DNA of 64,000 nucleotides from Hemiscyllium ocellatum (lineage: Eukaryota). The notes under the pieces are model-generated. The model worked only from the letters and a program-made list of their open reading frames with translations. It searched no databases and had not been told where the DNA came from. Made by a program: the position numbers and the translations under genes. Of the stretch, positions 1 to 13,330 are shown piece by piece. The stretch covers positions 1 through 64,000 of the forward strand of contig NW_026867463.1 of assembly GCF_020745735.1 (NCBI RefSeq). Direction: 5' to 3'. The number at the start of each line of letters is the position of its first letter. Within the stretch, counting starts at the first letter, position 1.

Positions 1-1972
1 TACTGGGGGACTATTACAATTGCATCAAAGTAAAATGCCCTTCTTACTTTTATGAGTTCCATCCACATAGCTTCAGTGGACCATCCCTCAGAAATACCTT
101 GTGTTAGAACAGCAGTAATGTATCACCACAAGAAAAAATGACTCCAATCTCTCCTTCTAGCTATTCCTACTTCTGCCGTATCTTTGATGGTGGGAGGGGC
201 TTTGAACATAAATTATTCAATTTACTGGTGATGGTTAGTAGCAGAAAATAAAGAGACTGTGGGGGACTTGGGTGATGGGAAATAAAAGGTTACATTGTGT
301 GGAAAGAAAAATTCTGGATATAAACAAGAATTTTAAAAACGAACTCCACTCTGTCTGCCCAGCTCTTGCCTTCACCTCTGTACCTCCAGAGTACTTTCCT
401 TTTATTTTGATGAGTTCAAGTTAGTCTCACCCGCTATTTGTACTTGCCAACCATTTGTTAAGGGTGTTTGCTGTTACAGAATGTAGGCTGCCTTACTGTG
501 TACGTTCTCAGAGTTCAGTGTTTGGAGTCCTTGTTGTTTCAACCTGTGCTTTGGTCCATCATGCAAAATTACAGAAAAATATTAACAGCAATTTAAGGTA
601 AAATGTTAGGATATTGGAAGAACAGCTAAGAGCATCAAGTTTGACAGAGGGGTTGTGGGAAAGGACATGGAAAGCAGCTGGGTTTCCAGAACTTCTGATC
701 TTTGTCTTCTCTGATCGAAATCAACCTGTGATTTATCATTTTTGAGGATTGTTATTCATTAATATCGGTGTGTCAGATAGATCTCCGTCTCAGGGAGGGG
801 TGACGTGCTTCTTTGTTTTGTGATGAACTCAGAGGAACATACAATAGTAAGGGGGTAAACCCAAAGGGGGTGAAGGAGCAGAGGATCCTCCATGTGTATG
901 TGCACAAATCAGGGAATGTACCATGATACGTGGACAGAAGAGCAACTAAACCCTACTTCATCAATAACACCGTAGAGAACAAACACAAAGCAATTATGTT
1001 AAACTGAAATCAAACAGTCTCTTGTCTCACCTGGAATGTTGCATCTAGTTTCAGGGGCCACGTTTTTGACAAAAGGCAAAATTATGAGATTGGGTGCGTG
1101 ACTGATTCACAACACTATTCCCGGGATGATGCACCTCACCAACTCTGAGAAATTGAGAATGTTCCCCTCTGCTGATAGTTTCCAGACTCTGTGAACAGTT
1201 GCTATGATTGGTTCCCAACTCTGTCTTGCATCATATAGATCCCAATGGCTGAAATTTTCAGGGACTCATGAGCTCTGACTTGCCTGATCAACATCGACCT
1301 CTGATTTATTATTTTTTGAGGGTTGCTGTTCAGTAATATCCCTGTATCAGATAGATCCCAGTCTCATTCCCTGGGATTTGACAGGTGTGGTGTGTCAAAT
1401 AGATCCCAGGAATAGTGCTCCATGAGATTTATGTGTGAGGAAAAACTCCAGTTCTGAGAATCCGCCCTTGGATTGTGCACGTGTTGTGTCTGACTACCTG
1501 ACTGAACGTTGACATTTTTGGCTGATGAATGCTTCGTTGGGCGCTTTAGGTGGCGATTTATGCATTACTAACCCAGGCTGTCCGGACATTGGGAGTACAT
1601 GTAGTTTAGACGGTGTAGAGTAAACTTTCAAACTCCTTTGCCTGCCTTTTATAGGCTTCTGGTGGAGCAAAGCTCCTCATTTGTATCATTACGTGACCCG
1701 AGGCCGTGACCTTTGGTGCATAAGAGGAAATGTTCTCTAATCATTCTGCCTCTGGAGTGTTCCATCAGGCATATCGTGTGAAAGATGCATTTACATTAGT
1801 GGGCGGCATGGCAGCGCAACATTAAACTAAATGACTGGATGAAACACAACCAAACAGAACAAGTGAAAGTATTTGGCTGGGAAAGGAGTAGGATGTGGGA
1901 AAATGTTTGATTACTGGCTGGCCTTGAAGAAAGAATTAAGCAAACTCAAGGTTAGTGCATATTCATTCGAGA

Positions 1973-1978
1973 TTTATT
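1973..1978 (-). terminator. Candidate polyadenylation signal for membrane-form mRNA
   Basis: AATAAA on the minus strand ~430 nt downstream of the TM2 stop. Position is plausible but there is no transcript evidence. Confidence 0.4.
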
Positions 1979-2407
1979 AACCATTTCAGAAAGCATTTTT
2001 ATCCAAAAAGTTGATGTAAAAGCTAACAGAAGTGAATATAATGGTTGGGTGCCACATTGAGACGAGAACACATGCGCTGTGAGGTGGGAATTTTCTGTAC
2101 ATCAGTAACAGTCACAAGAAAGGGAATACAAAGGCTCATCAGAAAGGGTAGGCAACCATTCTGAGTAAGGAACAAATAAAAACAAAACAAATGGGCTTCA
2201 AACAACAGGGAAGCTACAAATTCTTCCAACCACAACCATTTCAAAGATATCAAAGTAAAAACGAAAATCCATCAATTATTGTCTCAGTTACACACTGATA
2301 AACTGAAGTGATCTCACTGTGAGAGTCAGCAACAGGACAGATTGTAGATTGGGAATTCAGAGACCTTGATAAGCAGATCAGGAAAATCAAAGGGGTCCAC
2401 AACTCAT

Positions 2408-2416
2408 TCACTTAAC
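2408..2416 (-). CDS. IGHM: IgM membrane exon TM2 (V-K-stop)
   Basis: Minus strand reads tctctcttttccag|GTT AAG TGA, 139 nt after the TM1 donor. It completes the ...TLVK-VK* cytoplasmic tail typical of membrane IgM. Confidence 0.85.
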   Translation of the reverse strand, partial: VK

Positions 2417-2555
2417 CTGGAAAAGAGAGATAAAGCAATGACACAGATATTTATGATCAGGGACTTTCAGATTTAATGTTTATTCAATGGCACACTTAGA
2501 GATTTCACAAAACATATTGGGCTGTTTGGCATGAGAAAGATGTGATTATTCTCAC

Positions 2556-2683
2556 CTTCACCAGAGTGACGGCAGCGCTGTAGAAAATACTCAGGAAGAA
2601 CAAGGTGATGAACGTGGAAGCAGTTGTCCAGATGTTGCTGTTATCATCCTCATAGTCTTCAATCCAAGTGCGATCTATTGAAT
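2556..2683 (-). CDS. IGHM: IgM membrane exon TM1
   Basis: Encodes (D)SIDRTWIEDYEDDNSNIWTTASTFITLFFLSIFYSAAVTLVK, an acidic spacer plus an antigen-receptor TM motif. Acceptor ttcatag| (phase 1, matching the CH4 internal donor); donor AAG|gtgaga. Confidence 0.93.
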
Positions 2684-3189
2684 CTATGAATATAAAGCCG
2701 AGAGAACGCATTTAGATCGTTTATTGATCCAGATCGATCTATGTGTATCCAAGTCATGTAATTAGAGACCATTACATCTTCATAAAGCAGTCAGGTATTT
2801 CTCAAGTGTGACTCTTATCTGTATCCATCAGTGCATTATTGACTCTCAGCAAGAAATTACAAATACTGACTGCACATGTTCTTTCTTCATTGTCCATGTC
2901 AGAATGTTTTAAATTAATTTTCTTTTAATCTATTATTTAAGGATATTATTATTTGAGGAATGCTTATTACGAATGATTATTTTAATTATATCATTATATT
3001 TTAAATATAGGCTGTGACAGCACTTTAGTTGAAAATTGTGGCCATCACTGAATAAAAGTTCAAATGTGATTCTCACCTTTATGTATTGATGACCAATTGC
3101 TTGGCAAATCGTGAATATAAGTGACATCACAGTCAGGACATTGCTTCATATTTTTGTTTGTAGGATCTGTATATTTAGGAATAAGTTTT

Positions 3190-4330
3190 TGTACATGTGT
3201 CCCTTAATTTATTTGACCTACTGCTTGGTGTGTTTGGTTTCCCTTTAATGGTTGTGTATGTGGTTGAGTGCCTCTTACTTCACTCTTGCCCATGTTGGAG
3301 TCTGTGCATGAATAAACATATTCCTGTTCCTTTACTGCTAGTGTTCTCATGTGTTTGTGCACCGAAATTTTGGTCTTTTCACATTGTGTAAGCATCATTA
3401 TGCGAATATGCCACTTCATTGTTGCCTATGCTTATCTTGTAATGTCTTTGTGAGTGTTCACTTTTCATTAGTGCTATCTAAAATGTGTGCTTATGTGTCT
3501 GTTTCAGGTCCTACCTAAACTAGGTTATTTTCATGTTATGCTTAATAAATGTTAGCATGCAACGTCATGTTTTGATGGATGTTTATATTTATATGATGAT
3601 GTCTGCTTGTGTGGCAATCTTTCCCAAACCATCTCCTGAGAAGCTTGTTTGTGTTAGTGTTTGTGGATGCTTGCTGATGCTTGTGCTCATTATCCTTATT
3701 TAATAAACGCCCCTCTATTTATTGATCTATGCACTTGTGTGTCTGCATGTGAGACTCGGAATTTGTGTGTACGTGTGACATTGTATACATGCTGATCAAT
3801 GTGGTTTAAAAATAACTAATTAAGCTGCCTCTGTCATCGTATGTTTGTGATTCTGAAAATGGGAAAATAATTATATTAATGTTTATCTCTGTGCACTTAC
3901 GTGCCTGTATGAGTTGACATGTGGGAGGACATTTTTTGGAATTTGTATCTGTGTGTTCATGCGTGTATGTCTGTACGCATTGTGCTGTATGAATGTATAT
4001 GTATTCATGCCCATTTGTGTGTTACCGTGTGTCTATATTTCTCATGGTTATGTGTGAGTACCCTGATCATTTGTTCAAATAATTTTCTTTCGGTGTATGT
4101 GAGTTTTTGTATGAGCTTAGGTGAGTGTTCAAGTACCACTTGCATGTGTGGCTCTGTGCGAGTATGCATGTGTGACATCTTATCTGTATGCACATTTGAG
4201 TGTGCACATCAATATGTGTCTTTAGGTGAGAGCCCATATATGTGTCATTCCGTGTGTATTTGCGATCATCTCTCTGTATCTGTTCTTATACCAGACTGCA
4301 ATTTTTATTATTCTAATTTATTGTTCTAAT
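3190..4330. repeat. Degenerate TG-rich low-complexity tract in the CH4-TM1 intron
   Basis: Dense interspersed (TG)n/TGTA runs; gives spurious Cys/Val-rich ORFs. Confidence 0.7.
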
Positions 4331-5409
4331 TTTAATGGATTGCCTATAATTAGATTTGACCTTGGTGTTGTAGGAAACATTTCCCATCGTCGTGAAGAGA
4401 TAAGCGTTTTATGAGCAACTCTTCTGTTGCAGTGATAGAATTTCTGTCTCTGAGAGAAATAGCGTGAGTTCAAATCCCCACTGCCCCAGAGATAACATTT
4501 CTGAATATGTTTATTAGAAAATGTCTACTTGTGTTCTGTATGTGAAACAAAATGATATCAGGTATTCGAATACCAGAATTGATCCCATGTGCTCCAGAAA
4601 ACTGAGACAAAACTACAGAATTCAAACCGGGACAATGCAAACACCAGTTTTGGATTAGGGGAATCAATGTTAATCATTTGTTAACAGAGCCCAAGCATGT
4701 CCAACATGTTTCAAAGGTATTATTTTGCATGGAAATGTTAAATCTTTGGACAGTAAGCAAGAAGCTGACTGTTCCTGTTAGTAACGGGGTTACATTACAG
4801 AGGACATCTACCATGAAAACTCTGCACAGGGAGCAAGAGGACAGACCATTCATCGTTCCCCTCCCCTCTGCTCCACGACAACTTATCTGTCGATTCTCTT
4901 TGGTGTGAAAGTGAAGCTACATTCTGTCAACTCATGCACTGGTGCAAGATCCCTGGCAGTTCCCCAGAAACAACGGTTACATTCAAACTGTTCTGCACTC
5001 TTTACGATTGGTATGTTCCAATCAAATTTAATTTTAAAGTGTCTTAAATTTACATTTCCAATTGGTGCAATGTGGCAGTTTAAAACTGACATGAATTTTA
5101 TAAGAATGTCCAATCAGGGGAATCAAGAACACCAAGTTCAAAACTCGTGCTCTACCCTGGACATAAAATGGACATTGTCAGATTTTGTCACAGAGGGATT
5201 TAGGATGGATAAGGTACTTGGCGGAATCCTGCAATGAGTGAGCTTTACTCTGTCTCTGACCCAGGGTGTATCTGAGCAGAGAACATTAACTGCACAAGAC
5301 ACTTGTCCTAGACCTGTTAATAACCCACTTTAACTACACAGATGGAATGTAAGTCAGAGTGAGAAACAACTCATTCAGTATTTAACTCACAACTGGAGGA
5401 AAAAGAAAC

Positions 5410-5415
5410 TTTATT
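5410..5415 (-). terminator. Polyadenylation signal for secreted-form mRNA
   Basis: AATAAA on the minus strand ~37 nt after the secretory stop. A second AATAAA overlaps the stop codon (5451-5456). Confidence 0.65.
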
Positions 5416-5451
5416 ACTTCTGTTGAATTATTAAATGCAACTTTGAGATTT

Positions 5452-5843
5452 TTATTGACATGAATTAACAGTGTCCATCAGTGCAAGTGAAATGTTTACG
5501 AAACTCGGTTTACCGCTGGATTTATCGACTGTTCTGTTGATGATCTTCAATGGAATCGCTTCATGTCCCACCACACAGGAGTAAGAAGCACCGCTGGCCC
5601 ACTCCTCCGCTGTAATGGATAACAGGCTGTAGATGAAGAAGGAAGTGTTGGCACTCTCTGCCATCACCTCGGTGTTCTTGTAGTTACTGGGATTCACCGG
5701 CTTGTCATTGTTTGTCCACTTGACGAAGATCTCTCGGGGGGAGAAACCTCTCACTAAACAGGTGAGGGAGAGAAACCTCTGTGCGGAGATTTCTTCTGTT
5801 GGTGGCAGGAGGACTGACACTGATGGCTCCAGCGGATTAATCA
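5452..5843 (-). CDS. IGHM: IgM CH4 exon plus secretory tailpiece
   Basis: (V)[14 protein letters not shown]...[17 protein letters not shown]...[43 protein letters not shown], a C1-set domain with a shark mu tailpiece (N-glycan site, penultimate Cys). Acceptor ctgcag|; internal donor AGC G|gtaaac after 5514 for splicing to TM1. Confidence 0.96.
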
Positions 5844-6290
5844 CTGCAGAATATTTGAGACAAATATAAATCAATCAAAAACATCCTGAACCAATATCAC
5901 AATTTCACTCAATATTAAAATACGCCATTTTTAATTTGGGATTTATTCACTTTTGTTTTCTAAAAGAGTACACATTCTGTTCAGTAAAAAAAGTAAAGTT
6001 TAATGTGAAAGTTGCCTCCATGTTTCCAGCCCACAACAAGGGCATTCTGTCCAATTGTCATTGCTGATGGTGACATCACAACCCAGGTTTCTTCCCACCT
6101 TATCTGATTTAATCAGAATACAATATCCTTTGGTCCATCTTTTTCTTAATCAGCTACTTAGTTATCCTGCCTTCAGATGCATCATAAATGCTCCCAACGG
6201 TGTTTGTTCATTACCAATCAAAGCCTGCCATTGATGTAACTGGATCTGGATTACACATGGGATGCTTTGTGTTTTAATCTCACCGCTCAC

Positions 6291-6599
6291 CTTTCTCCTT
6301 GTGGATGGAGTCTCTCAGCGGAGTCGGTAGATTTTGATGGTTCACCACACATTCAAAAGTAACACCACTCAGCCAGGCTTCAGTAGAAATGTCTAATTTG
6401 CTGATCACGCTGTCGGGAGTCTGTCCAGGCTGGTCAGCAATCTCTGAGCTCAGAGGCTTCTTATCTTGTTTCCAGGTCACGCTGACTCCAGGAAGAAAAT
6501 TGGACACAACGCAGGTTAACGTCACCGTCGCTTCCAGTAAGACTTGTTCGATTGGCGGTGGGAGGATTTTAACGGTGTGAGGGTGGCACTCGGTATCTT
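6291..6599 (-). CDS. IGHM: IgM CH3 exon
   Basis: (E)[32 protein letters not shown]...W...[22 protein letters not shown]. 309 nt, phase 1-1, catag| and G|gtgag boundaries. Confidence 0.95.
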
Positions 6600-8579
6600 C
6601 TATGAAACAAAAATCAAAGTCAATGAAAAATGCCCCTTTATGATACAAACACCTAATCTTCAGATTACTTCTTCACAGGGTGAAGACACCACCTTCGAAA
6701 TGGCAACTCCAACCATTGCTGAAACAATGCTTACTCTTGTTGATGTATTTTGATTTGTGAAAGCATTTGTGATTACCTGTGACATACCCTGTGTAATTAT
6801 TCCAAAAGAACACTGGCTTTGTAACAAGTGAAAGCTGTGAAAAAAGTAAAATCATCGAAGATACCATGATGTAACCCATGGAATTACCTTTCTTTCAGAG
6901 TTTGTCTCTCACTTAAGACCATCTATTGATACTTGTGACAAGAGTAATCTGAATATAATGTGTTCATTTCCATGTTCATAACCCTTAGGTGCAAGTGCTG
7001 CTGGTCACGCTGACTGCCAAATCACATCCCAAATTTTGGACAAATTATAAGAAATAATAATTATTCTCTTTGCAGAGTTCTAAAGTGCTACAGGAGCAGT
7101 GAATATCCATGGAAATTCTGTTCATTATATTTAACGTGATCAAAAATACTTTGCGTTATTGGTGTGATGTCATTCTCTAATTTATGTCATTGTTCCTCGT
7201 GGGCTGAGTTTGGAGTAGATCTGAAAACAAGGCACTGAGTACAGCATTGGATATCGAGAAGGACACCCATCTCCTTAAGTCTTTCCCTCCATTCAGTTAG
7301 TTCATGACTGGTCTGTACTTTCACTTTATTTACCAAGCTACATTTTTTAATTTCTTCATAGAGCAGGGGAGAAAAAAAAACAAACAAAAGTGTCTTAAAT
7401 TAATCTACAAACGTGATGGAAATGTACACTAATTTTATAGACATCCACTACCCACTGTGTAAACATCGCCACCCCAAACCAGGCTAAATCAGCTTGTCTC
7501 GAGTTCCTCGTTCATTCATCCCTATTGTAGCATTCTTACCAGAATTTATTCTCCTGCCTCATCCACTAATTACAGAGAGCATCTTAAAGAGGCTCAGTGA
7601 GATCACGTTTATCCCAGTTCATCAAATGTGATACCCACTTGGTCTGTGGTCTGATCCCATAAATGAAATTAAAGAACTCAGTACCAGATAAAAATCGATG
7701 TCGTACAATGTCCAAGGCCAACAGGTCATTCCTGAGCAGGGAGTGAAGCATTGAACGCATTTTGATTTATTTTCAAGTTAGGGTCACTGCATATTTTAAC
7801 CACGTCATTTTGAGACCACAACATCATAAGATAGAGGATCAGAATAAGGCTGTTCGGCCAATCCAGAGTTTAGATCAGAATGATGCTGGAAAAGCACAGC
7901 AGGTCAGGCAGCATCCGACGAGCAGGAAAATCGACATTTGGGCTAAAGCCATTCTATGGTCTTCTCCCCACAATAAACAAGAACCGATCCATCTCTGGCT
8001 TGAATATACACAATGGCCTGGTCTCCACAGCCCTCTGCAGCAACAAGTTCCACAGATTCATCACCCTCTGGCTGAAGAAATTCCTCCCCATCTCAGTTCT
8101 AAACAGTGCCCCTTTGACCCTGAGACTGTGCCCTTGGATCCTAGTCTCGCCTACCAGTCAAAACATCTATTTACATTCACTCGACCTCAGTCTCTCAGTA
8201 TTTTCTATGTTTCAATTAGATATCTCTCCAATATCCCCCCTCCACCCCCAAACTTATCCTTGAAGCCACTACCAGGCAAGGATTCATCACTCTGAATGCC
8301 TCTCCCAGCATGGTCAGGCAACAAACTATTTAACAAACTATTTAACAAAGCTCACTGTCTATATATCTACCTTCAACAGAGAGGAAACATGCTTTTCTGA
8401 CTTGCCAAAATGTTGAATTATGAGCAATGCTAATGTAACATTCAAACTGAAATGAGATACGTGACATGCTGGGAAATGAGAAGCTGTACCGTGCTGTTTA
8501 CTACGCCTGATAAATTAGTGTGTTTGATTCACATCAGAGTTCAGAGTGATTTGTAGCTCTCCCAGTATGTGTCTCTTAC

Positions 8580-8891
8580 CCTGGAGTGCGGTGATGTTTT
8601 TACTTTGAATGTTCTCTTCGTGAGTGACCTGGCAGGTATAGACTGCGCTGTTGTACCATTCACCATAAGGGACCATCAGCCGACTCGTCACCGAGAAGTT
8701 CCCGTTCGCCTCACACACGGGAGACGTGAAGAAGCCAGAATCCAAGCGTCGGCCATTTTTCAACCAAGTCACGTTGATTGCCTTCGGATGGAAATCGATG
8801 ATTGAACAAACGACAGTTGCAAACTTGCTGCTTGCGATTTCTTCACTGGAGCTCACAGTTAGGAGAAGAGTTGGTGGGAGAGGACCTGTAC
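8580..8891 (-). CDS. IGHM: IgM CH2 exon
   Basis: (G)[46 protein letters not shown]...[20 protein letters not shown]. 312 nt, phase 1-1, cctaaag| and G|gtaag boundaries. Confidence 0.95.
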
Positions 8892-9049
8892 CTTTAGGAA
8901 ACACATCGCATAAATTATCTGATGAATTTCATAACAAATACAATCAGTTCTCATATATCAAGGTTTCTTGTGATTAATGGATACAAGAATCATAATTGTG
9001 CAGAGTGCTGGAGAAGCTGGGATCCACACAGAAAGATCATCAGGACAAT

Positions 9050-11910
9050 GTGAAAGGCTAAAATTATTGGACACAGCAAGGGAGTCAAGGAGGCATAGAA
9101 ACTATAGGCCGGTAACATCAGAAGGGAGATAGCAACATTGGATGGTATTCGTTTTAATGACAGAGTCTGATGATCAAGGCAGATGAATTACCGGCATAAA
9201 TGAGGAAATGATGCTGTTGCGATCACGGAGACATATTGAGAGCGGGGCAGGAGTGGCTATTCAATTTTCCAGGATTTAGTGCCTTCAGGCGAGACAGGGA
9301 AAGATGGAAAAGGATGGGGGCAGGGGTTTGCGGCACGGAATGTTGCTTCTGTCACAATTCTGACAAGAGTATTTTAGGCTGTAAAGAGAAATGAAATCAT
9401 AGATACCTCCTCGAACAAAGGCAAATGGACAGTACTTCAAAACCAAAATACAGCAAACATAACTACTGGGAGAGCACGATAGGCCTTACTATAGGTCCAA
9501 AAGACCAAGTGCAAATACATGGATAAATTTCAGAGATATGTAAATTAAATAGGGGAATGAGAAGAGAGGTTTTTAACTTCCTCAGCATAGGCTTGGATAT
9601 TCATTTTGTCTAACGTTTAGAGGGAGCACAATTCTGAAAATGCCCCCAGGAGAATATTTAAACAAAGTATGTGTTAATACAGAGAATTTTAATCCAGACC
9701 TTGCAAGAGAGGGGTGAACCTGAACTTAACTTTTGGGAATGAAGTCGACCCAGTGGGTAAAACATCAATGGTGGTGCACTTTGCAGACAGCGATCGTAAA
9801 TCAGTTGGATTTCAGATTGTACTGCAAAGGAATAGAAATTGGCCCAAAGTTCTGAAAAGGGGAAGGACAATTTTAGTAAGATCAGGTAATGACTTAACCA
9901 GAGTGGACTGGAAGCTGACACTTATTGGTAAATCTGAGTCAGAGCAGTGTGAAACATTTAAGAAAGAGACAGGAAAATCATAGGGAGGACATTTCTCAGG
10001 AAGCCACTGAATGGGACCAAGAATGTAGCGTGCTCTGGATACCAAAGGGCATGGAGGGTGAGATAAGGAGAAACAAGGGAGGCTTCCTGTCTATACTGAA
10101 ATCTCAAAACAATAGAAATTAGTATGGAGTACAGAACGCGCAAGGGGGAGTTTGAAAGACAAAGGAATTAGAAGAGCAAAAGGGACCATGAGAAAATAAT
10201 AGGAGTCAAAATAAAGGAAAATATTTTTAAAAGTTACAGGCTCATTCATAATAAAAGAATTATTCGGGAAACAGTAATGCCCATTAAGTGTTATTATTGG
10301 AGTGGAGCCGGAGGATTAGGTTGTGGTCAAAACGAATGTGTTGTGTCAGTGTTCACTAGTAAGAGGGACAATGTGGGGACAGAAATCATGGAGGAGTGTT
10401 GTGATGTACTTTCAGAAATTAGGGCACATGACGTGATGTTCTGTGTTGTCTTGCTAAATGAAAAGTGGTTATATTTCCAGGGCAGATGAAAAGTATACCA
10501 AGCGGTTGAGCGATGCAAGGGATGAAATAGTTGGGTCGCTAACAATAATTTAGAATTACTGTCTGGCCACAGCAGTTGTGCCAAGTGAGTGTAGATCAGC
10601 CAACGTTGCACTGTTACGCAGGACAAAGGAAGGGATAAATAATGAAAACACAGATCTGTCAGGCTAGTCTCAGTGGTAGGGAAACTATTGAAAAGTGAAA
10701 TTAGTCTTCATTTGGAAGATAAATCAACAATTTTCAGCATAGTTTTATTGAGAGAAAGTCATGTGTAACAATTTGATAGTAGTTTTCAGAGAGATAACTC
10801 GATGTCCAGATGATAGCAATAATCAGAGCCAATGGGATCCGAGTTAATTTGACAGATTGGATCGAGAACTGGCTGAGTGATGGGAGCAGGGGATAATAGT
10901 CATCGGGTGTCTGGGTGACTGGGAATCTATGTCTCCTGGTGTTCTGTAGGGATTGGGGTTGATTTCCACGTTATTTCTCTTACATACCAATGATTGAGAC
11001 TCAAATTTAGGAGGATTAACCAGTGAATTCACAGATGAAATGAAAACTGTCATGTTGGTAAGTCATGAGCATTATGGCTTTAGATTGTAGGAGGATATAA
11101 AAGGGTTGGTTGTATGTGAAGAGAAGTTGCAAATGGAAATTATTCTGGATAAATGTAAGGTAATGTAATTCGGCAGAAGAATCTGTGAGGTATGACATTT
11201 TGAATGGTGGAACCCTGGAAAGGCCTGAGGATCTTTGGTGCATGTACCCACCGATCCCCTATAGTACTGTGTCGTCTGGATAAAGAGACTAAGGAGGTGG
11301 GAGGATATTTGCTTTTATTAGCCTAGACATTGACAATGAAGAATCGGGAGATGATACTGGAACTTGATAGAACACTGGTTAGGCCATACTGAAGCGTTGT
11401 GTGCATGTTATCGAAAGAATGTGATTACACTGAAGGCATTATTGATGAGATTTGCCAGGATCTTGCCTGGGTTGGAGGGTTTTAGTTATGAAACTAGATG
11501 AGATAGACAGGGGTTTTCCTTGGAGCAGAGGAGAATTAGGGAGAAGATTATCATGATGTCTAGAATTATTTTAGGCATAGACTGGGTAAACTGGATGAAA
11601 CCTTTCCCCTTGATGGAGAGATCAATGCCTCAGGGGCACAGGGTGAAGGTAAGGCCAGGAGGTTCCAAGTGGATCTCAGGGGAAAACAAAATCAAACAGA
11701 GGGTGGTGTTAGCCTGGAGCTCAGCACCTATAAGTCATGTAGAGACTGAGCCCCTCATAATAAGTATGAAGTATTGAGATGCATCCTTGCAAGGGCAAGT
11801 CACACAAGGCAATGGATCATGTGCTGGCACATGAGACTGGAATAGTTAGGTGGCTGTTATTGATAGGCGTAAACTGGATGGATCAAAGGGCCTTTTTCCT
11901 GTACTGTATA
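9050..11910 (+). mobile_element. Degraded CR1-type LINE (endonuclease through RT and 3' end) filling most of the CH1-CH2 intron
   Basis: Nucleotide blocks resemble the CR1 ORF2 copies elsewhere in the window (e.g. 58917-61200). Many stops and frameshifts; antisense to IgM. Boundaries approximate. Confidence 0.7.
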
Positions 11911-11997
11911 AGGTGATTCTGTGAAAATGGTTATAAATAATGCCTTATTCATATTAATGCCAGATGCTCTGTTTATCTCAGTTCCCACAATACGTAC

Positions 11998-12303
11998 CAC
12001 ATGGCATTTCTTTGCTCTTGTGAGACCCGCTGTGTTGAACCTCACAGTAGATTTTGCTGGGGCAATCTACCGCTGACCCGGGCAGGGTTAACTGGCTGCT
12101 CAGGGTGTAGGTTCCCTTCTTGTTTCTCACTGATGGGTAAGTCTTCAATCCACCATTCGTGATTAGCACCCCACCTTTCTTCCAGGTTACCTTGGTGACG
12201 TCTGGGGAATAGTCCATCACCAAACAACCAAAGATTGTCGAACCGGTGCTGTGCTCCTCACAGGAGGAGACCAGGCCATAAAGCGTGGGGGGAGATGGTG
12301 TCT
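11998..12303 (-). CDS. IGHM: IgM CH1 exon
   Basis: (E)[44 protein letters not shown]...[17 protein letters not shown]...[18 protein letters not shown]. 306 nt, attgtag| acceptor and G|gtacgt donor; the N-terminal extra Cys (light-chain link, by inference) is retained. Confidence 0.95.
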
Positions 12304-12649
12304 CTACAATAGAATGACCAATTGAGCATGTTAGTTTCTGTTAATTTGACCTTATCAGTTACTCAAATGTATCCTCAGCTGTAACCGTTTGCCAGTATGC
12401 TCCCGCTGAAGTCTGCAGCATAACTGGAGTTTATTTTTGTTTCCTACCAGTTGCTGATCATGATCATTGGTTCCCTCTTGAGAAACATGCCCTCGACCTT
12501 GACCATTGCCATATCATTTAGGAAGAAGAACATCCTGATCCCACCCCAGTAACTGTTTGAAGATCTCACCAATTGACACTTTCATTGGATTGCTGTGAAG
12601 AGCAGAGAAGTTTCACAAAATACAAACCAAGGAAATGCAGATTCATCGA

Positions 12650-12966
12650 AATTCTACAGTGTGTGCAATTAGGCCATTTGGCCCAACAAGTCCACACCCA
12701 CCCTCTGAAAAGAAACGCATCCAGACCCATTCCTCTACCCTATTATGCTACGGTTAACCCTGACTAATGCATCTAACCTCCCAATCACTGAACACAACAT
12801 TTGCAATTTCCCCAGCTTGTACAGATTTGGACTGTGGGAGGAAATGCACACAGATATGGGGAGAAAGTGCCAACTCCACACAGACAGTCACCCGAGGCTG
12901 GAATGGAGCCAGAGTCCCTAGCACTGTGAGGCAGCAGCGCTAACCATGGAACCAGCGTGCCGCCCC
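12650..12966 (-). mobile_element. tRNA-derived SINE, V-SINE/HE1-like
   Basis: Minus strand reads gggcggcacgctggttccatggttagcgctgctgcctcacag...gggtgactgtctgtgtggagttggcac, a tRNA head plus V-domain-like core. Confidence 0.75.
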
Positions 12967-13029
12967 ACTAGGTACCGTGCTGCTGGAAATACCCAACAGC
13001 TGGCAGTACCCCCGGAGAGAAATCAGAGT

Positions 13030-13330
13030 GAATCATAGAACATAGAACATCACAGTGCAGTGCAGGCCCTTCGGCCCTCGATGTTGCGCTGCCCTGACAT
13101 ACTAATATGAAGCCCATCCCACCTACACTATTCCATGTACATGCATAGGCCTGTCCAATGACAACTTAAATGTACTTAAACTTGGCGAATCTACCACCAT
13201 TGCAGGCAAAGCACTCCATACCCTTACTACTCAATGAGTAAAGAAACTACCTCTGCTATCTGTCTTATACCTATCTCTCCTCACTTTAAAGTTGTGTCCC
13301 CTCGTGTTTGCCATCCCCATACTTGGAAAT
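13030..13330 (-). mobile_element. CR1-type LINE 3' fragment
   Basis: catagaacatagaacat tail followed by ggccct-tcggcc stem and sequence matching other CR1 3' ends in the window. Confidence 0.6.

Noticed and set aside
3060-3085. Short similarity (AAG gtgagaatcacat) to the TM1 donor region, suggesting a duplicated TM exon
   Set aside because: Upstream sequence does not encode a TM-like segment; the match is under 20 nt.
3919-4329. 136-aa Cys/Val-rich ORF
   Set aside because: Product of TG-rich low-complexity sequence.
7762-8295. 177-aa plus-strand ORF in the CH2-CH3 intron
   Set aside because: Runs across a Penelope-LTR fragment and a CR1 3' fragment; no coherent protein features.
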